Below the pieces are notes generated by a model, which did no database searches, was not told the origin of the DNA, and saw only the letters and a list, made by a program, of their open reading frames with translations. From assembly GCA_002104905.1 (NCBI GenBank), contig MCFE01000196.1:70451-134450 (forward strand): 64,000 bases of DNA. Reading direction: 5' to 3'. The position numbers and the translations under genes were made by a program. This DNA is from Basidiobolus meristosporus CBS 931.73. Lineage: Eukaryota > Fungi > Basidiobolomycota. Below, piece by piece: positions 24,138 through 37,312 of the stretch; within the stretch, counting starts at the first letter, position 1, and each line of letters starts with the position of its first letter.

Positions 24138-27100
24138 TGTTGCAATATTCTGAGGAGTATTAGACCCAATGCAGAGAGGTAGAGGACTTACATGTTACTC
24201 ACTTGTGGATTTACTGATCAAAAGTATGGTATTTATACTTTTGACAAATTAGAGCACACATATATGTATAGGTTGTTAAGGAAGGTCCCAAGAATATGTG
24301 CACAAAGCTTGGGGGCTTTTGGACAACTCTGAGAAAGATCATAATCTGGATACCTGTTAATTTGGTGAAAATTTTCCAAGGAAATCCCAACAAGAAATTT
24401 GGCCAGGACAGAATGCTAGTCAAAGAATAAGATATATATGACTTAGTTAGCATGAATATTTAGCTGACACTCAATAATCACAACACTCCCACTCAAAAAA
24501 ATATTTGTAAGTAATAAATGCATATTGAAAGTGTGCAATCTGTAATAAGCATATAAAATTTAATTATGTTGCATACTGGACTAATAAAGTATCCAACAAT
24601 ATATGAACTTGTGCTCAACTTAATTGAACAAGCTACTTGTAAACCAATGTGCATATCTACTCAATAGTATGCCTATAAATCTGATTGATATGATTGTAGT
24701 ACTAATAATTAACTTTGATCAGTAGTATGGGCTTGAATAATGAGGTGAGTCTAATTGTCAGAATGGAATAATGATATATAGTCTTTTAGCTGACTGATGC
24801 TTTATATTTGAGCAAAATGGACCTACTTTTGGTGAAGTTAAGGTTTTGTCATTATTGGTGGATCTGGAGTTTCCTTATTTTGGGGCAAAAGTATAGTGTA
24901 TTCAGACAAGATCACTGCATGTCCATTAGGCTCAGGGACAGCTACTTCCATCATTTTGACATTATAAGAGGTAAAAGAAATGACCTATATTGGACCAAGT
25001 TAAGGTTTTGTCATTTACGCCTGATCCCAATTATCCTCATTTCCTGGCACTGCAGCATGTACAATATGGCTAAGATAAATTTTTGCTCAACTCAGAGCTG
25101 AGATGGCCTGCCCACACTTGAACCACATCTTTTTGGTGATTCAGATTTACAAAAATGGTCTAGAGTGGTCATCTTTGTCTTCCTTAAATTGCTATAACTA
25201 TCTTTGGACTTATTAATTCATTTACAGTAGATTCAAAGTCTATTTGCCTCTTGATATACACTGCTTGGTTTCAGAAAGTGCCATTGGTTGTTTGGTAGCT
25301 ATCTTCAGAGTTCTTCTACTGATTTGGATTAGCAAAGCTGCTTTTGTCTTATTGGAATAAATTTGTAGAGTAGAGACTGTTATAAGAGTGTTGGAGATAT
25401 TGGAAGTGATTGGAAGAACAAGTAGATCATGGTGTTTTCACTTAATGTTTTATTGAATGTACAAGTAGTATTTATACTTTTACATGGTCTTGACATAACA
25501 AACATGTATAATAGGTCAAAGAAGGTCCCAAAAACATGTGTGCAAAGTTTGGGGCTGTATGGACAAGTTTGAGAATTTTCAAGTTCTGGGTACCTGGTAT
25601 TTTTGGTAAAAATATTCTAAGTCCCAACAAGGCATTTGGTCAGTGTTCTCTAGGTTTGAAGGTAATGGTCTTAGTGATCAAGTTAGGTGAATATTTGGGT
25701 GGAATTACAAATTTTTGCAACACTCCCACTCAGCTAAATGTTCATACTGACTAGTCCCAATCTTGACCTAACATATTCACACTTGTCTCTAGCTAATGGT
25801 TTGGTAAATATGTCTGCAATCATTTCATCTGAAGGACAGTAAACTAAGCTAACCAAGCTATTCTCTATAGCTTCATGTATGAAATGATGTCTAATATCTA
25901 TGCACTTATTTCTAGCATGAAAAGTTGGATCTCTACCTAATAGTATACATTCTTGATTATCTTGAAATTAAGTAATAGGCATTTTTTGACATAGGCCCAA
26001 ATCTGTAAAAAGCTTTCTTAACCACATTGCTTCTTTTGTAACCTCACAGGCTGCCATATACTCTGCCTTGGTGGTAGAAAGTGCTGCGGTTGGTTGCTTT
26101 CTTGAATTCCATGAAATTGCTCCTCAACAGTAAAGAAAGGTGCATCCTGTGGTTGATCTTCTGTCATTCAAATTTTGTCCCCAATCAGCATCAGAGTATC
26201 CCACAAGGTCCTGCTCTGTATCCTTATAAGTGTATCTTAAGCAGATATCAGCAGCTCCTTCTAGGTATATAAAAGTCCACTTAACTGCTGCAATATGATC
26301 CAATCCATAGTTCTGATTATGTTGGCTGACAACTCCCACTGAATATGAGATATCTGGACATGTTCCAAGCATGATATACATCAGACTACCAAACATAGAT
26401 TGATAAGGAAAGTTAGGGCTTTCAGATGGCTCCAAGCTCTCTTGATTTGGTTGAGTTTTGACAGAGTTAAGGTTTGTCTCCATTGGGGTGCCAGTTTATA
26501 GTCATCCATTTGGTACCTCTTTAGTATATCTTGAATATACTTGGATTGGCTTAGGGTAATAGCCTGGGTACTTTTGTCTATGGAGAACTTAATCCCTAAG
26601 TAGTAACTGAGTTCTCTTAGATTGGACATCTTGAACCCCTTAGATAGGCTGGATTTAGTCTCTTCCAATGTTAATAGATTATTGGTGGCTATAATAAGAT
26701 CATCCACATATAGAGCTCATAGAGCTGGATTTGCTCTATCTGGCTTATAGTATATACTATAGTCAGCATTACTCCTTTGAAACTCAAAGATTCCAGATAA
26801 GAATCTATCTTGCAACTCCAGGCTCTTGGTGATTGTTTAAGACTATATAGAGGCTTTTAAGCTTGCAGACCAAATGGGACTTATTTTGGTCAACAAACCC
26901 ATCAGGCAGGTCCATATACATGTCCTCATCAAGTTCTCCGTTCAAAAATGCAGCTTTTACATCCATTTGATGAATAAAGAACTTATATTTGGCTGCAATA
27001 GCCAATATTAATCTGATGGAATTAAACTTGGCTACCGGTGCAAAGGTCTCAGTATAGTCAACCTTATTTGTTTGAGAATATTCTTTGGTCACAAGTCTTG

Positions 27101-30100
27101 CTTTGTATCTTTCAATCAAACCATCAGCCTTGTATTTTGTCTTAAAGATCCATCTGCATCCAATTGATTTTTCGTTGATTGGTAATTTAACTAAGCTTCA
27201 GGTATGATTTTCCATCCTGGACTGATATTCATCAGTCATTGCAGATCTCTGGGCATTTAATACTGGAATGATCACTTCTGGGATATTCCTGAGCCATGAT
27301 TCAGGCCAAACCACAGTTTTAGAGTCCTCTGGAGGGAAAAAATGCTCATTGTTTTGCTCTGATTCAGTCCTGACAATTGGTGGGCCTGAGATCAGATTTT
27401 TGTCATCATTAGATGTCATTTTTGAGAAAATCTTGAATCTTCATCAAACAACACATCCCTGGACTTGATCAGCTTCTTTGCTTTAGTATTGTAGAGTCTG
27501 TATGCCATACTCTCATTGCAATAGCCCACAAATATGCAATTTACACTTTTTGGCTCAAATTTTGACTGATTTCTGGGCAGTTTCTTGGCATATGCTGTAC
27601 ACCCAAATATTTTTAGATGTTGTGCACTTGGTCTGTATCCATACCATGCTTCAAATGGAGTAGAATCATGAGGTATTCTGTTATAACTCCTATTTTTAAG
27701 GTATACAGCAGTGGCAAATGATTCCATCCTAAACTCATAGGATAATTTTTGATCATAGATCATAGATCTTGCCATATAAATTATTGATTGGTTAGTATGT
27801 TCTGCTACTTGATTTTGCTGTGGGGAGTATGATACAGTAGTCTCTTGCTTTATCCCATGAATCTTGCAGAAGTGGATGAAGAGTTTTGAGGTATTTTCTC
27901 CACCATTGTCAGAGAGTATATTCTTGATTTTTTCACTAGTTTCTCTCTCCACCAGAGCTTCAAACTCTCTGAGCTTAGACAGAGCTTCTTCCTTTCTCTC
28001 CATGAAGTAGACCCATGTGTATCTTGTATAATTATCAATAAAAGTGATCAACTACTTCATCCTGCCTAGGATAAATTTTGCATAGGTCCACACAGATCTG
28101 AGTGAACTGGATCTGATTTTTTCTTAGTATTGATTAACCCAAAGCTCTTGAGTGGTTGTCTGGCTTGTTTCCCTATATACAGGCTTAACAGTGCTCCAAA
28201 TTAGCTGGGGGATCAATTTTCACTCCAGAAATTAGCTGATCTTGGATCATTTTGCACAAATAATCAAAATTGATGTGCCCAAATCTCCTATGCCAAAGCA
28301 TTGGTGTTTCTTCATTTAAGTTACTTACATTGGCTTTCAAATATGATGGAATATCAGTCAACTTGTATTGATTCTGATCTCTGATACCCGCAGCAATATG
28401 GGCACCATTTTGATCAGTGATCTTGCATCCAGAATTGTCAAAGCTGAAGCTGAGTCCTTTTGCAGTGGCCTTGCTTACAGATAGTAGGTTCTTGGCTATT
28501 TCTGGTACATAGAGTACTTCTTTATAGGTCAGTGTATGGCTTCCTTCACTGCTTCTTAGATTTACTTGAATAGTTCCTTCTCCCGCTGCATCAAGTGTTC
28601 TATTGTCACCCATGAAAACATTCTTAATTGGAGTTTCTTAATATTGGGTAAAAAGTTCTAGTTGGTGTGTAAAGTGTTGAGATGCTCCAGAGTCAATATA
28701 CCACATCTGAGAGTCCTTGCTGGTGGTCATATTTAGTGCAGATATGAATAGTTGATCTTCAGTTGTTGCAGTATTTTCATATTCAGGCTTCTTTTGCTGA
28801 TTATCTCTCTTTTTGAGAAACCAGTCTGATGTGTGTTCTTTCCTTTTGCAGTAGTTACAAAACAGGTTGCTGTTGCCTTTGTAGGATCTTGGGTACCTTC
28901 TTTGATGGTTATCATTGCTTATTAAGGCATTTTCTTCTTCCTTCTTATTGGCACTTGATTTTCTTGATTCTTCATCCAGGAGCCTTGCATATACTTAATT
29001 TAAGATCAAATCTTCAGTTCTGGACTCTAGGGCTGATACAAGGCCCTGAAAATTGTCTGTCAGGCTATCCAGGATGGTAACTATCACATCCTCATCAGTA
29101 GTTGGTACACCCACAGATTCCATTTCATCTACCAGCAGGGTATTTCTGTTAATTAGATTTTTCATTTCTTCTCCTGGCAGCATCTTTGTAGTAAAGAATT
29201 TTTGTCTCAGATACATTTTATTAGCAGCTGAGCATGACTGGTTGGTGTCTCCTAATGCCTTCCAGGCATTCTTTGTTGTTTTTGCTCTTGAGCATTGAAT
29301 TAGCAATTTCTCCTTAACATTAAGGCAAATGCAGTTAAAGGCACTTTGTTCTTTCTTCTGGTACTTTAAGGCTTCCTCTCCCATGTTTTTAGGAGGGCAT
29401 TCTTTTCCCATGACAATATCCCAAAGGCCTCTTTCTTTTAGCAGCATCTTCATCCTCACCTTTCATACCTGGTAGTTAGATACATCCAACTTTTCAGCAG
29501 AGGGAAAAATTCCAGTAATAGCAGTAGTAGACCTTGCATAGAGTGACAGCTTGGGGCTCATAGCCTGTTGTAAGAGTCTTGGAGATATTGGAAGTGATTG
29601 GAAGAACAAGTAGATTATGTAGTTTTTACTTAGTGATTTATTGAATGTAAATGTAGTAGTTATACTCTTACATGAACTTGGAATAGCAAACATGTAGAAT
29701 AGGCTAAGGAAGGTCCCAAGAGCATGTGTGCAAAGTTTGGGGCTGTTTGGACAACTTTGAGAATTTTCATGTCTTGAGTACCTGGTATTATTAGTGAAAG
29801 TATTCTAAGTAAGTCCCAACAAGGAATTTGGTCTGTATTCTCTAGGTTTTGAAGGTAATGATCTAAGTGACAAAGTTGGGTGAATATTTAGGTGGAATTA
29901 CAAGTTTTTACAACAGAGACTGTTGTTTTTCCAGAGTGAGATTCTCTTCAACAGGGCTTTGATTTTCCTTGCTTGCCTAATAGTTATTTTCAATGCTGAG
30001 CTTGGTTTGCAAGGCTAACTGACCTTATTAGTGTCTTCAGAGTCCATAAAAACTATCTGGTTTATCCTTGCATTCTTTTCTTTCAGCTACATACAGAGCA

Positions 30101-31980
30101 GACATCAAGACTTCTGCTTTAAATAATCTGCTCCAATATTTACTACAATACCTGAGAGATCCTGTTGAGATTTCAAGGCTCTTCTGGGGTTTGTGGCTTG
30201 AGCACTTTGTACAAGAGGCTCCCTGGAGCATATTTGCATTGCCAGATAGTCCAAATATAGCCTACATAGGCTTTTGCTCCATTTGTAAAGCACCCTATTA
30301 TAAGGTAGTAGTATTTTCCCATTTTTCTTCTTTTTCTCTCTCTGCTGATGACCAGGGAAAGTTCACTTTGTGGGATGGTTCTGGACTTTCTTATAGATGT
30401 AACCACAGTGTGTTTGAGCATAGAAGTCCTTGTGACATAATTGGTCCAGAATAATTGACTATTTGAGAGTGATATAAGCAAAATTGGCATCCACTCAGAT
30501 CAATCATGTACTTTGAATAGAGTTGACCAAATTTAATCAAACCAGCTGCACTTAAAAGCTAGTTTCATCAATACTTTGGTATTAGACTCCAATAAATCAG
30601 CTTTTGAGTTGCAGAGCTTGGAAGTAACTTGATCAATTACAATTCTTCTGATCCAATTCAGAGAATCAAATGTCACCAGGTGTTTTCTCCCACTGTAATA
30701 AGTGACATATATATAACAAGTATAAAGTACTATGTTATCTTCTCAGTGTCTCTTAGTTGTATACTTGCCAACTGTTGCTTGGTTGTATACTCCAATCAGG
30801 CTTGCAATTAATTGATTCACTTGTTTTGGCTGGTGGTAGAGTTTCCTTGAGTTGATTTTGCTAAATTTGTATAATATTTTCTCCCACTGTTTTGAGGCTG
30901 AAACAGAGTGAAAGCATGTCTAACAGCTCCATATTTAGATTCTGGTACATTGGTTTCAGTATTGAGAAACTTGATACAATTATAGCATTCTTCCAATGGA
31001 TTGTGTAGCACATATCCATACTCCAGGTGGATATATATTTATGATATATCAATAGGATCCTAACAATTGAGGGAGCTTGTTTCTGAGATCTTCTCCCATT
31101 AATAGGTAACTTAAAATGGTGGTTAACAGCTCCAGTATTTGCATTCTGAGCCTTATTTTGAGTGGCAACAGAGATGGTAAAATCCTCCTCCAGCAATCAT
31201 TCAATAATGATCCATTTTCTTTTCTTGCAATTCACAATATCATCCTATCCAGAAGCTTGTCTAATAGTCAGTTGAGATCATATGAACACATATAGCAATA
31301 CACTTCATTGTATATCTGGACCTTCATTTGCTGGAATTACGCAATTTTCTTCTTTAGTGGTAGAGCACCAATGTACCCTATATCTTGATATACATTCATG
31401 CCAGCTTGATAGACTTACCTTCATAACTAGCTTGCGTAGTTACTGAATGAGTCTTTTGAAGGCAAGGCCTTCTTCTCCACAGCAATATTCTTGCAAACAT
31501 AGTTCTTATAGCAGCAGTAGTCACTGATGACTTTAGCAGTGTAATATTGCAGAAAGTCTTTTGCCAGACTAGCAGAAAAGGATCCAAGGCAAAGTAGACA
31601 CCAGGTGGACAGCAAGCTTGGGGCTTACAACCTGTTGCAGTATTATGAGCAGTATTAGAAGTGATGTGGAGAACTAGAGTATTTACATGTTATTCACTTG
31701 TATATTTATTGATCAAAAGTATGGTGTTTATACTTTTGACAAAATAGAGCACAGAAATGTGTGTAGTTTGCTAAGAAAGATGCCAGGAATATGTATGCAA
31801 GGTAAGGGGGCTTTTGGATAACTCTGAGAAAGATCATAATCTGGGTATCTGATAATTTGGTGCAAATATTCTGAATAAATCCCAACAAGAAACTTGGTCA
31901 GGACTGAATGCTGGTCAAAGAATAAGATCTATGTGACTAAGTTAGCATGAATATTTAGGTGACACTTAATAATTACAACA
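24138..31980 (-). mobile_element. Outer LTR element: Copia-type 348-bp LTR pair, PBS and PPT, with an interior not recognisable as gag-pol
   Basis: LTRs at 24138-24485 and 31633-31980 are both 348 bp and share a subfamily distinct from the inner Copia. PBS-like ggttgtaagccc at 31621-31632; PPT at 24486-24494; TSD tatac/tatcc. Confidence 0.8.
25378..29915 (-). mobile_element. Full-length decayed Ty1/Copia retrotransposon (4538 bp), TSD GAGAC
   Basis: LTRs 25378-25722 and 29566-29915; PBS ggctatgagccc. Contains gag (UBN2-like), protease WYIDSGASQH, LWHRRFGH, integrase (FIDNYTRYTW...PQQNQVAE), RT (ERYKARLV, QMDVKAAFLNG, YVDDL) and RNase H (GYSDADWG). GAGAC flanks both ends. Confidence 0.95.
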
Positions 31981-31999
31981 TATCCTTGAGAGGTGTTAG

Positions 32000-34890
32000 A
32001 AATGCTTCTCCTTTGGACTTGTACAACACCACACCAAACCAATTTGCTCAGATCTATAGCTCTAATTATGTTAGCTAACAACTCCAAGGCAATATGATAT
32101 ATCATGACAAGTTCCTAGTATGATGAATATCAGACCACCAATCAATGTATTGCCAAGACAAGCCTTAACTTTCTGATGGTACCAAGTTCTCATCATTTGG
32201 TAAAGTTCTAATCTAGTCAAGGTTTGTCTCTATTATGGTAGCTGCCTGTTTACAGTCTTTCATTTGGTACTTCTTAAGTCACCAGTGCAAAGAGTTCAGT
32301 GAAGTCTAGTCCTACTGTTTGAGGGTATCCTGGTACTACAGGTCTTACTTTGTATCTTTCATTTGTACCAGTGAACATGTATTTTGTCTTCTAAGAGTAA
32401 TCTGCATCCATTTGACTTGTGTTTGATCAGTAATCTCATCAAGTCCCAAAACTGATTCTGCAGCAGTACCTCTTGTTCTTCAGTTATTGCAGCTATTCAA
32501 CACTGCATCTGAGGACTATTTAGGGTCTCCTTGCAGTGTTGGGCTTTAGAGAATGGACTGAATAGCCCTAATGAAGTGTGTACTCTGATTGATGCAGAAA
32601 TTTTGGGCCATTGCTAATCAGGCTGAATCTACTGCCTTGCCATACTGAGGCTGTCCCTTCTGCACTTCTTGTGAGCACTGATTCCAGCTGGACCACAGTT
32701 TTCAGGTTGTCTGGAGTGAGAAACAGTGCATTTCTTTGCACCAACTCAATCCTGACTGTTGGTAGTCCTGATTAAGAACTTTTATCATCATAAGATATTG
32801 TTTTTGTTCAGAGATATGAGTTTTTCTCCAAAAGAATATCCCTAGATTTGATTAATTTTGTTGCCATGGTATTGTAGAGTCAGCTTGCCCTACTTTCACT
32901 GCACTAGCCCAAAACTATGATTTTCACTTTTTGGCTCATATTTTGACAGATTTCCAGGAAGTTATTTAATAGTAGACTTTGCAATCTAATATTGCTGAGA
33001 GTGTTGTATATAATTTAGATTCATACCATGTATCAAGTGTAATATTTGCACCTTTATATTTGTCTAACTTGGTCACTTGGATCATTCCCTACAAGTCTCA
33101 GAAAATCTGGACCATATTACTTGTTGGGACTCACTGGGAATATTTTCACCAAAACATCAGTCATCTAGAACATGAGATTTCTCAAAGTTGCCCAAACAGC
33201 CCCAAACTTTGCCCATATGCTCTTGTGACCTTCTTACATACTTTCTGCATGCTTGTTTTGCCAAGAGCATATAAAAGTACAGATACTACAATTATATTCA
33301 ATAAACCATTAAGTGAAAGCCATAAAGTCTACTTGTTCACCCAATCACTTTAATATCTCCAGTGCTCTTACAACAGAATGGGGTAGAACTGCAAAGTACT
33401 CAGCTACAACTCCTGTCTTTAAGATATGTAGAAGCAGCCACCAATTCCACCCCAAATCAAGGGAGCAAAGTAATCATGGATCATCAATTGCCATGCTAAT
33501 TGTAGTATGTTGGCATAATCAGACATTCTATGTTGCAGTGTGGAGTATTGTGTAGTAGTCTCTTGCTTTATCCTATGAGTCTTGTAGTAGTGTGTGAAGA
33601 GTGTTAGGTATAGTCTGCACCATTGTCAGAGTGTACTTTTTAAATTTTTTTGCCAGTCTTGCACTTCACTCCAGCTTTCCACTCCCTGAACTTACGTATA
33701 GATTCTTCATTTCTCTCCATAAAGTAGACCCATGTGTATCTTGTATAATCATGAAAATTGTGATAAATACCTCATAGCATATCTTCTTGATTTTCACATC
33801 AGTTTCTCTCTCCACAATGGCTTTGAGATTCCAGTGCTTAGACAGAGCTTCTTCCTTTCTTTCTGTGAAGTAGGCCCATGTGAACCTTGTAAAATCATCC
33901 AGCTTGGTGCATGTCCTTTCCTTTTTTAGCAGCCACAAATAAGGTTGCTGTTGCCTTCAGAGGGCCTGGGTACCTACATTGGTGGTTATCATTGCTTATT
34001 AATGTGCCCTCTTTTTCCTTTTTGTTGGCACTTAGTTTTCCAAACTCCTGATCCAGGAGCCTTTGATATATGTGATTTAAGATCAGATCATCAGTTCTGG
34101 ACTCTAGAGCTAGTATAAGGCACAGAAACCACTCTGGTAGGCTATTCACAAGGCTTGGGGTACTGTCTTATCTTCATCCTTAGTGCTTATCAACACCAAT
34201 TTCATCTTGTGAACTAACAGAGGAGTTCTGATGATCAGATTTTTTGATTTCTGCTCCTGTGAGTAGCACTGTGGTAAAGATTTTGGTTTAATATAGACTT
34301 TCCTGACAGCTGAGCATGGCTGGTAGGTGTCTCCTAACACCTTCCAGGTGCTCTTTGTTGCTTTTGCACTTGAGCATTTCATTGGCAATTTGTCTTCAAC
34401 TTTGAGGTAAAAGAAGTTGAAGGCACTTGGATTTAACTTCTTGTACCATAGGTCCTCTTCTCCAACTCCTCTGGAAGAGTATTCTTCTCCTACAATAATA
34501 TCCCTAAGGCCCCTTTCCTGTGTCCTAGATACATCTTCTAATCAGCTGAGCATAGCTGCTAAGTGACTTCTAATATTTTCCTGGCATTTTCTGTTGTTGT
34601 GGCTCTCAAGTATGGAGTTAGCAGCTTGTCTGTGACATCAAACTTACTGCAGCTCAAGGCATAAGCAAACACATATATTTTTTGGTACTCAATAGTACTA
34701 TTGAGTGTCAAATTGCTACCTATACCTGAACATGGTCCTGGCAAAACAAGCATGCAGTGTTTGTCTAGACAGGTCTGAGAGTATGTGTGTAAAGCTTGAG
34801 GCTCCTGGAGCAACTTTGAGATTTTTTGTGTCCTGGGTCCCTGATATCTTGGAGAAATATGCTAGGCAAGTCCTGTTTAGGAACATGGGC
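32000..34890 (-). mobile_element. Highly decayed Copia copy (diverged LTR ~34630-34890, gag, integrase, start of RT) with a nested opposite-strand LTR ~33030-33375
   Basis: Homologous to 27000-29500 (ALESRTDDLILN, DDFTRFTWAYF). The nested LTR ends in cttacaaca at 33375. Confidence 0.8.
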
Positions 34891-37312
34891 AGGGTTCTCA
34901 GCAAGAGGGGAGGGGAACCCACCTCAAGTATAAGGTAGGTCTAGGTACACCAAGGCATTGGAGTTCAAGGTAAAAGTAAGGGGTTTGGAGATCAATGCTG
35001 GGGACTGCCACTGCATCTGGGGGTTCCCCTGTCCATTTCACTGGATCCCTTGAGATACTAGCAACAAGGAGGTAAGTAAGTACAGGTCTAACAACCAGTT
35101 GTGAGCATCGCCACTCTGTAACCTGTTTCTCAGCCACAACTGACAGGCCTGTTGACAGCCAAGTAGAGATGTCTGAGTAGATGGGCCCCAAAGGAGGTGA
35201 GTCCCAAAGGAGCAACAACCAAACCCAAGACCGCGTTGAAGAAGAAGCTCCGCCAGGGATATGGCCCACCTAGACGGGGCAGGAATCTGAACATGAGAAG
35301 CTCAGGTAGGACGGTCGATTGCCGACCGGTTGGACCAAATACGGGGACTTGCTGATCCCACCCGTTTCCAATCCTGTAAGGGGGGCGCCATGGTGACCTG
35401 ATGGGGATCCATCCAAGGGTACGATCAGCCTCGGTGAATCTGGCTTCATGACCGACCGACCAACCAACCAACCAATCTTATCTAGATCGCCATCGGGTCA
35501 GATGCGTCACGAAGGGACAACCATCCATCCCACCAAGGGCCGCTCGGTACTCCAAGAATCTAACGGATCCAAGCGGCTCTTCTGTATCTTCGACTCGGAT
35601 TAATCGGATGGCTTTCCCTGGTTTGGGACTCGAGCCTAATCGTCAGGCACCACACCCATCAATGGGCTATCAGATAGCACTCGATCTGACAGGTGACCGA
35701 TCCTCAGCTAACCATTCAACTTGATCTCCTGGCCAATGGTCGTGAAACGGCAAGAATCATCGTCGACATGTCCTATCGGTGGCTGCACCTACCTTCAATC
35801 CCCATCATTCCCCAACCTCCCCCCCCCAAATGGGAGCAAGAACCTTTCTCCCACTGCGTTTCCTGCGTCCTCCCAAGCATACCACAGTTCTGATCCACCT
35901 TGCGCCACCGTCTTCCTTGAGATGGTAGCGAGCGGAACTTCTATCCGGGAAACTTGAGTGGTTTGGGCGCCACAGTCGAGGATTGGGGAGGCAACTCCCG
36001 ACACGGGGAATCCCACATGGCCGGCCCACCTAGAAGGGGGGATCGCAGATCGAGGATTTCATTTACTGGATCTACCCACCCAACCCGAGATAGTGGGCGA
36101 AGATGCTTTCCTGGTGTGAGCCCAGCTGTACCTGCCTGAGGGGGGCTGGAATCATCTCATCCCATTCCATTCCCCGGGGCAGCTAAGTGTCTCCCTGGCT
36201 CTACCGACCCCAGTTGACTGTTGGTTCATTCAGGTATGATCTCGCCCGTCTCCAGGACTCGCCTTCCCCCCCTCATGGTGTTGACAGTAAGAAGGTATGT
36301 TGTTTATACCGCCATCTCACGAAACCCATTCGAAGACAAGCGACTGCAGAGGGACATCAAATCTTCAAGGAAGATATGGATGGGGGGAAGAATCCCGGGC
36401 GGCCTGGCCTAGATGATCGAAGGAGTACCCTAGAGGTAACATCCAACGGAAACCCATCGCACGGGCTTCGGGCAGGGGGCGAGGGGGATGGGGGAGGGGG
36501 GAGGATGGGGATAGGGATGGATGGTGGATGCAATCATATCCCTGTGCGGGCATCATTTCGCCATTTCAATCGAAACCTCGATCCGGACTAGCGCACATGC
36601 CAGCCATAGCCCACCCTGATCTGGGCCGAAGCAATTAATTAATAGTTCCATGATTGGAAAGCAGGGGGAAGCAGGGAACGCCAGCTAGCGAAAGCTGGGG
36701 TCCGGGTGGTGTCGGATTGGATGAGGAGGGAGAGGGAGAGGGAGAGGGAGAGGGAGAGGAAGAGGAAATGGAAGAGGAAGAGGAAGTGGAAGTGGGAGGC
36801 CCATGATGCGTTCACGCAGGATTCCCTACCGCTGATGGCACCCGTCAGAGTACCATTTGCGAGGGGCATCTCTTAGTCAAAGGGGTCCACGTCCGGAAAG
36901 GCCACTGTGCCGGGATTCGTCCGCGCAGCACCGTGCCCGACCAGAACGGGTGGCCCTTCTGGTATGTACCAATATGGGTTGCTCCCTCCACCTGGGTATG
37001 CCGTCCTCGCATCCTGATCTCCAACGGAAACCCCGACCCACTTGGATCATGACCAGATTGATTAGGTTTATATTCATTCAAGATGTACAGTGGTCGTGGG
37101 ATAGGGATACAAAAAATCTCGCCAACAGTGAATCCATACATTGATCAACTAGGCGTTGGGCTTCAAGGGATATCGTTGGGTGGGTGAGGGTGAGGGTGAG
37201 GGTAACTGCAGCCATAGCAATAGCTGAGTGTGGATATTGGTGTGTGGGTGGAAGTATACACGTGGGTGGGATGGTTTGGCTGTCTGGGCCATCCGGCCAT
37301 CGACCGTCCACA

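Noticed and set aside
1-35200. Classical ascomycete RIP
   Set aside because: The visible changes centre on CpG (CGA>TGA stops, reciprocal TSD decay), and CpA/TpG remain abundant. Not computed, so minor non-CpG mutation is not excluded.
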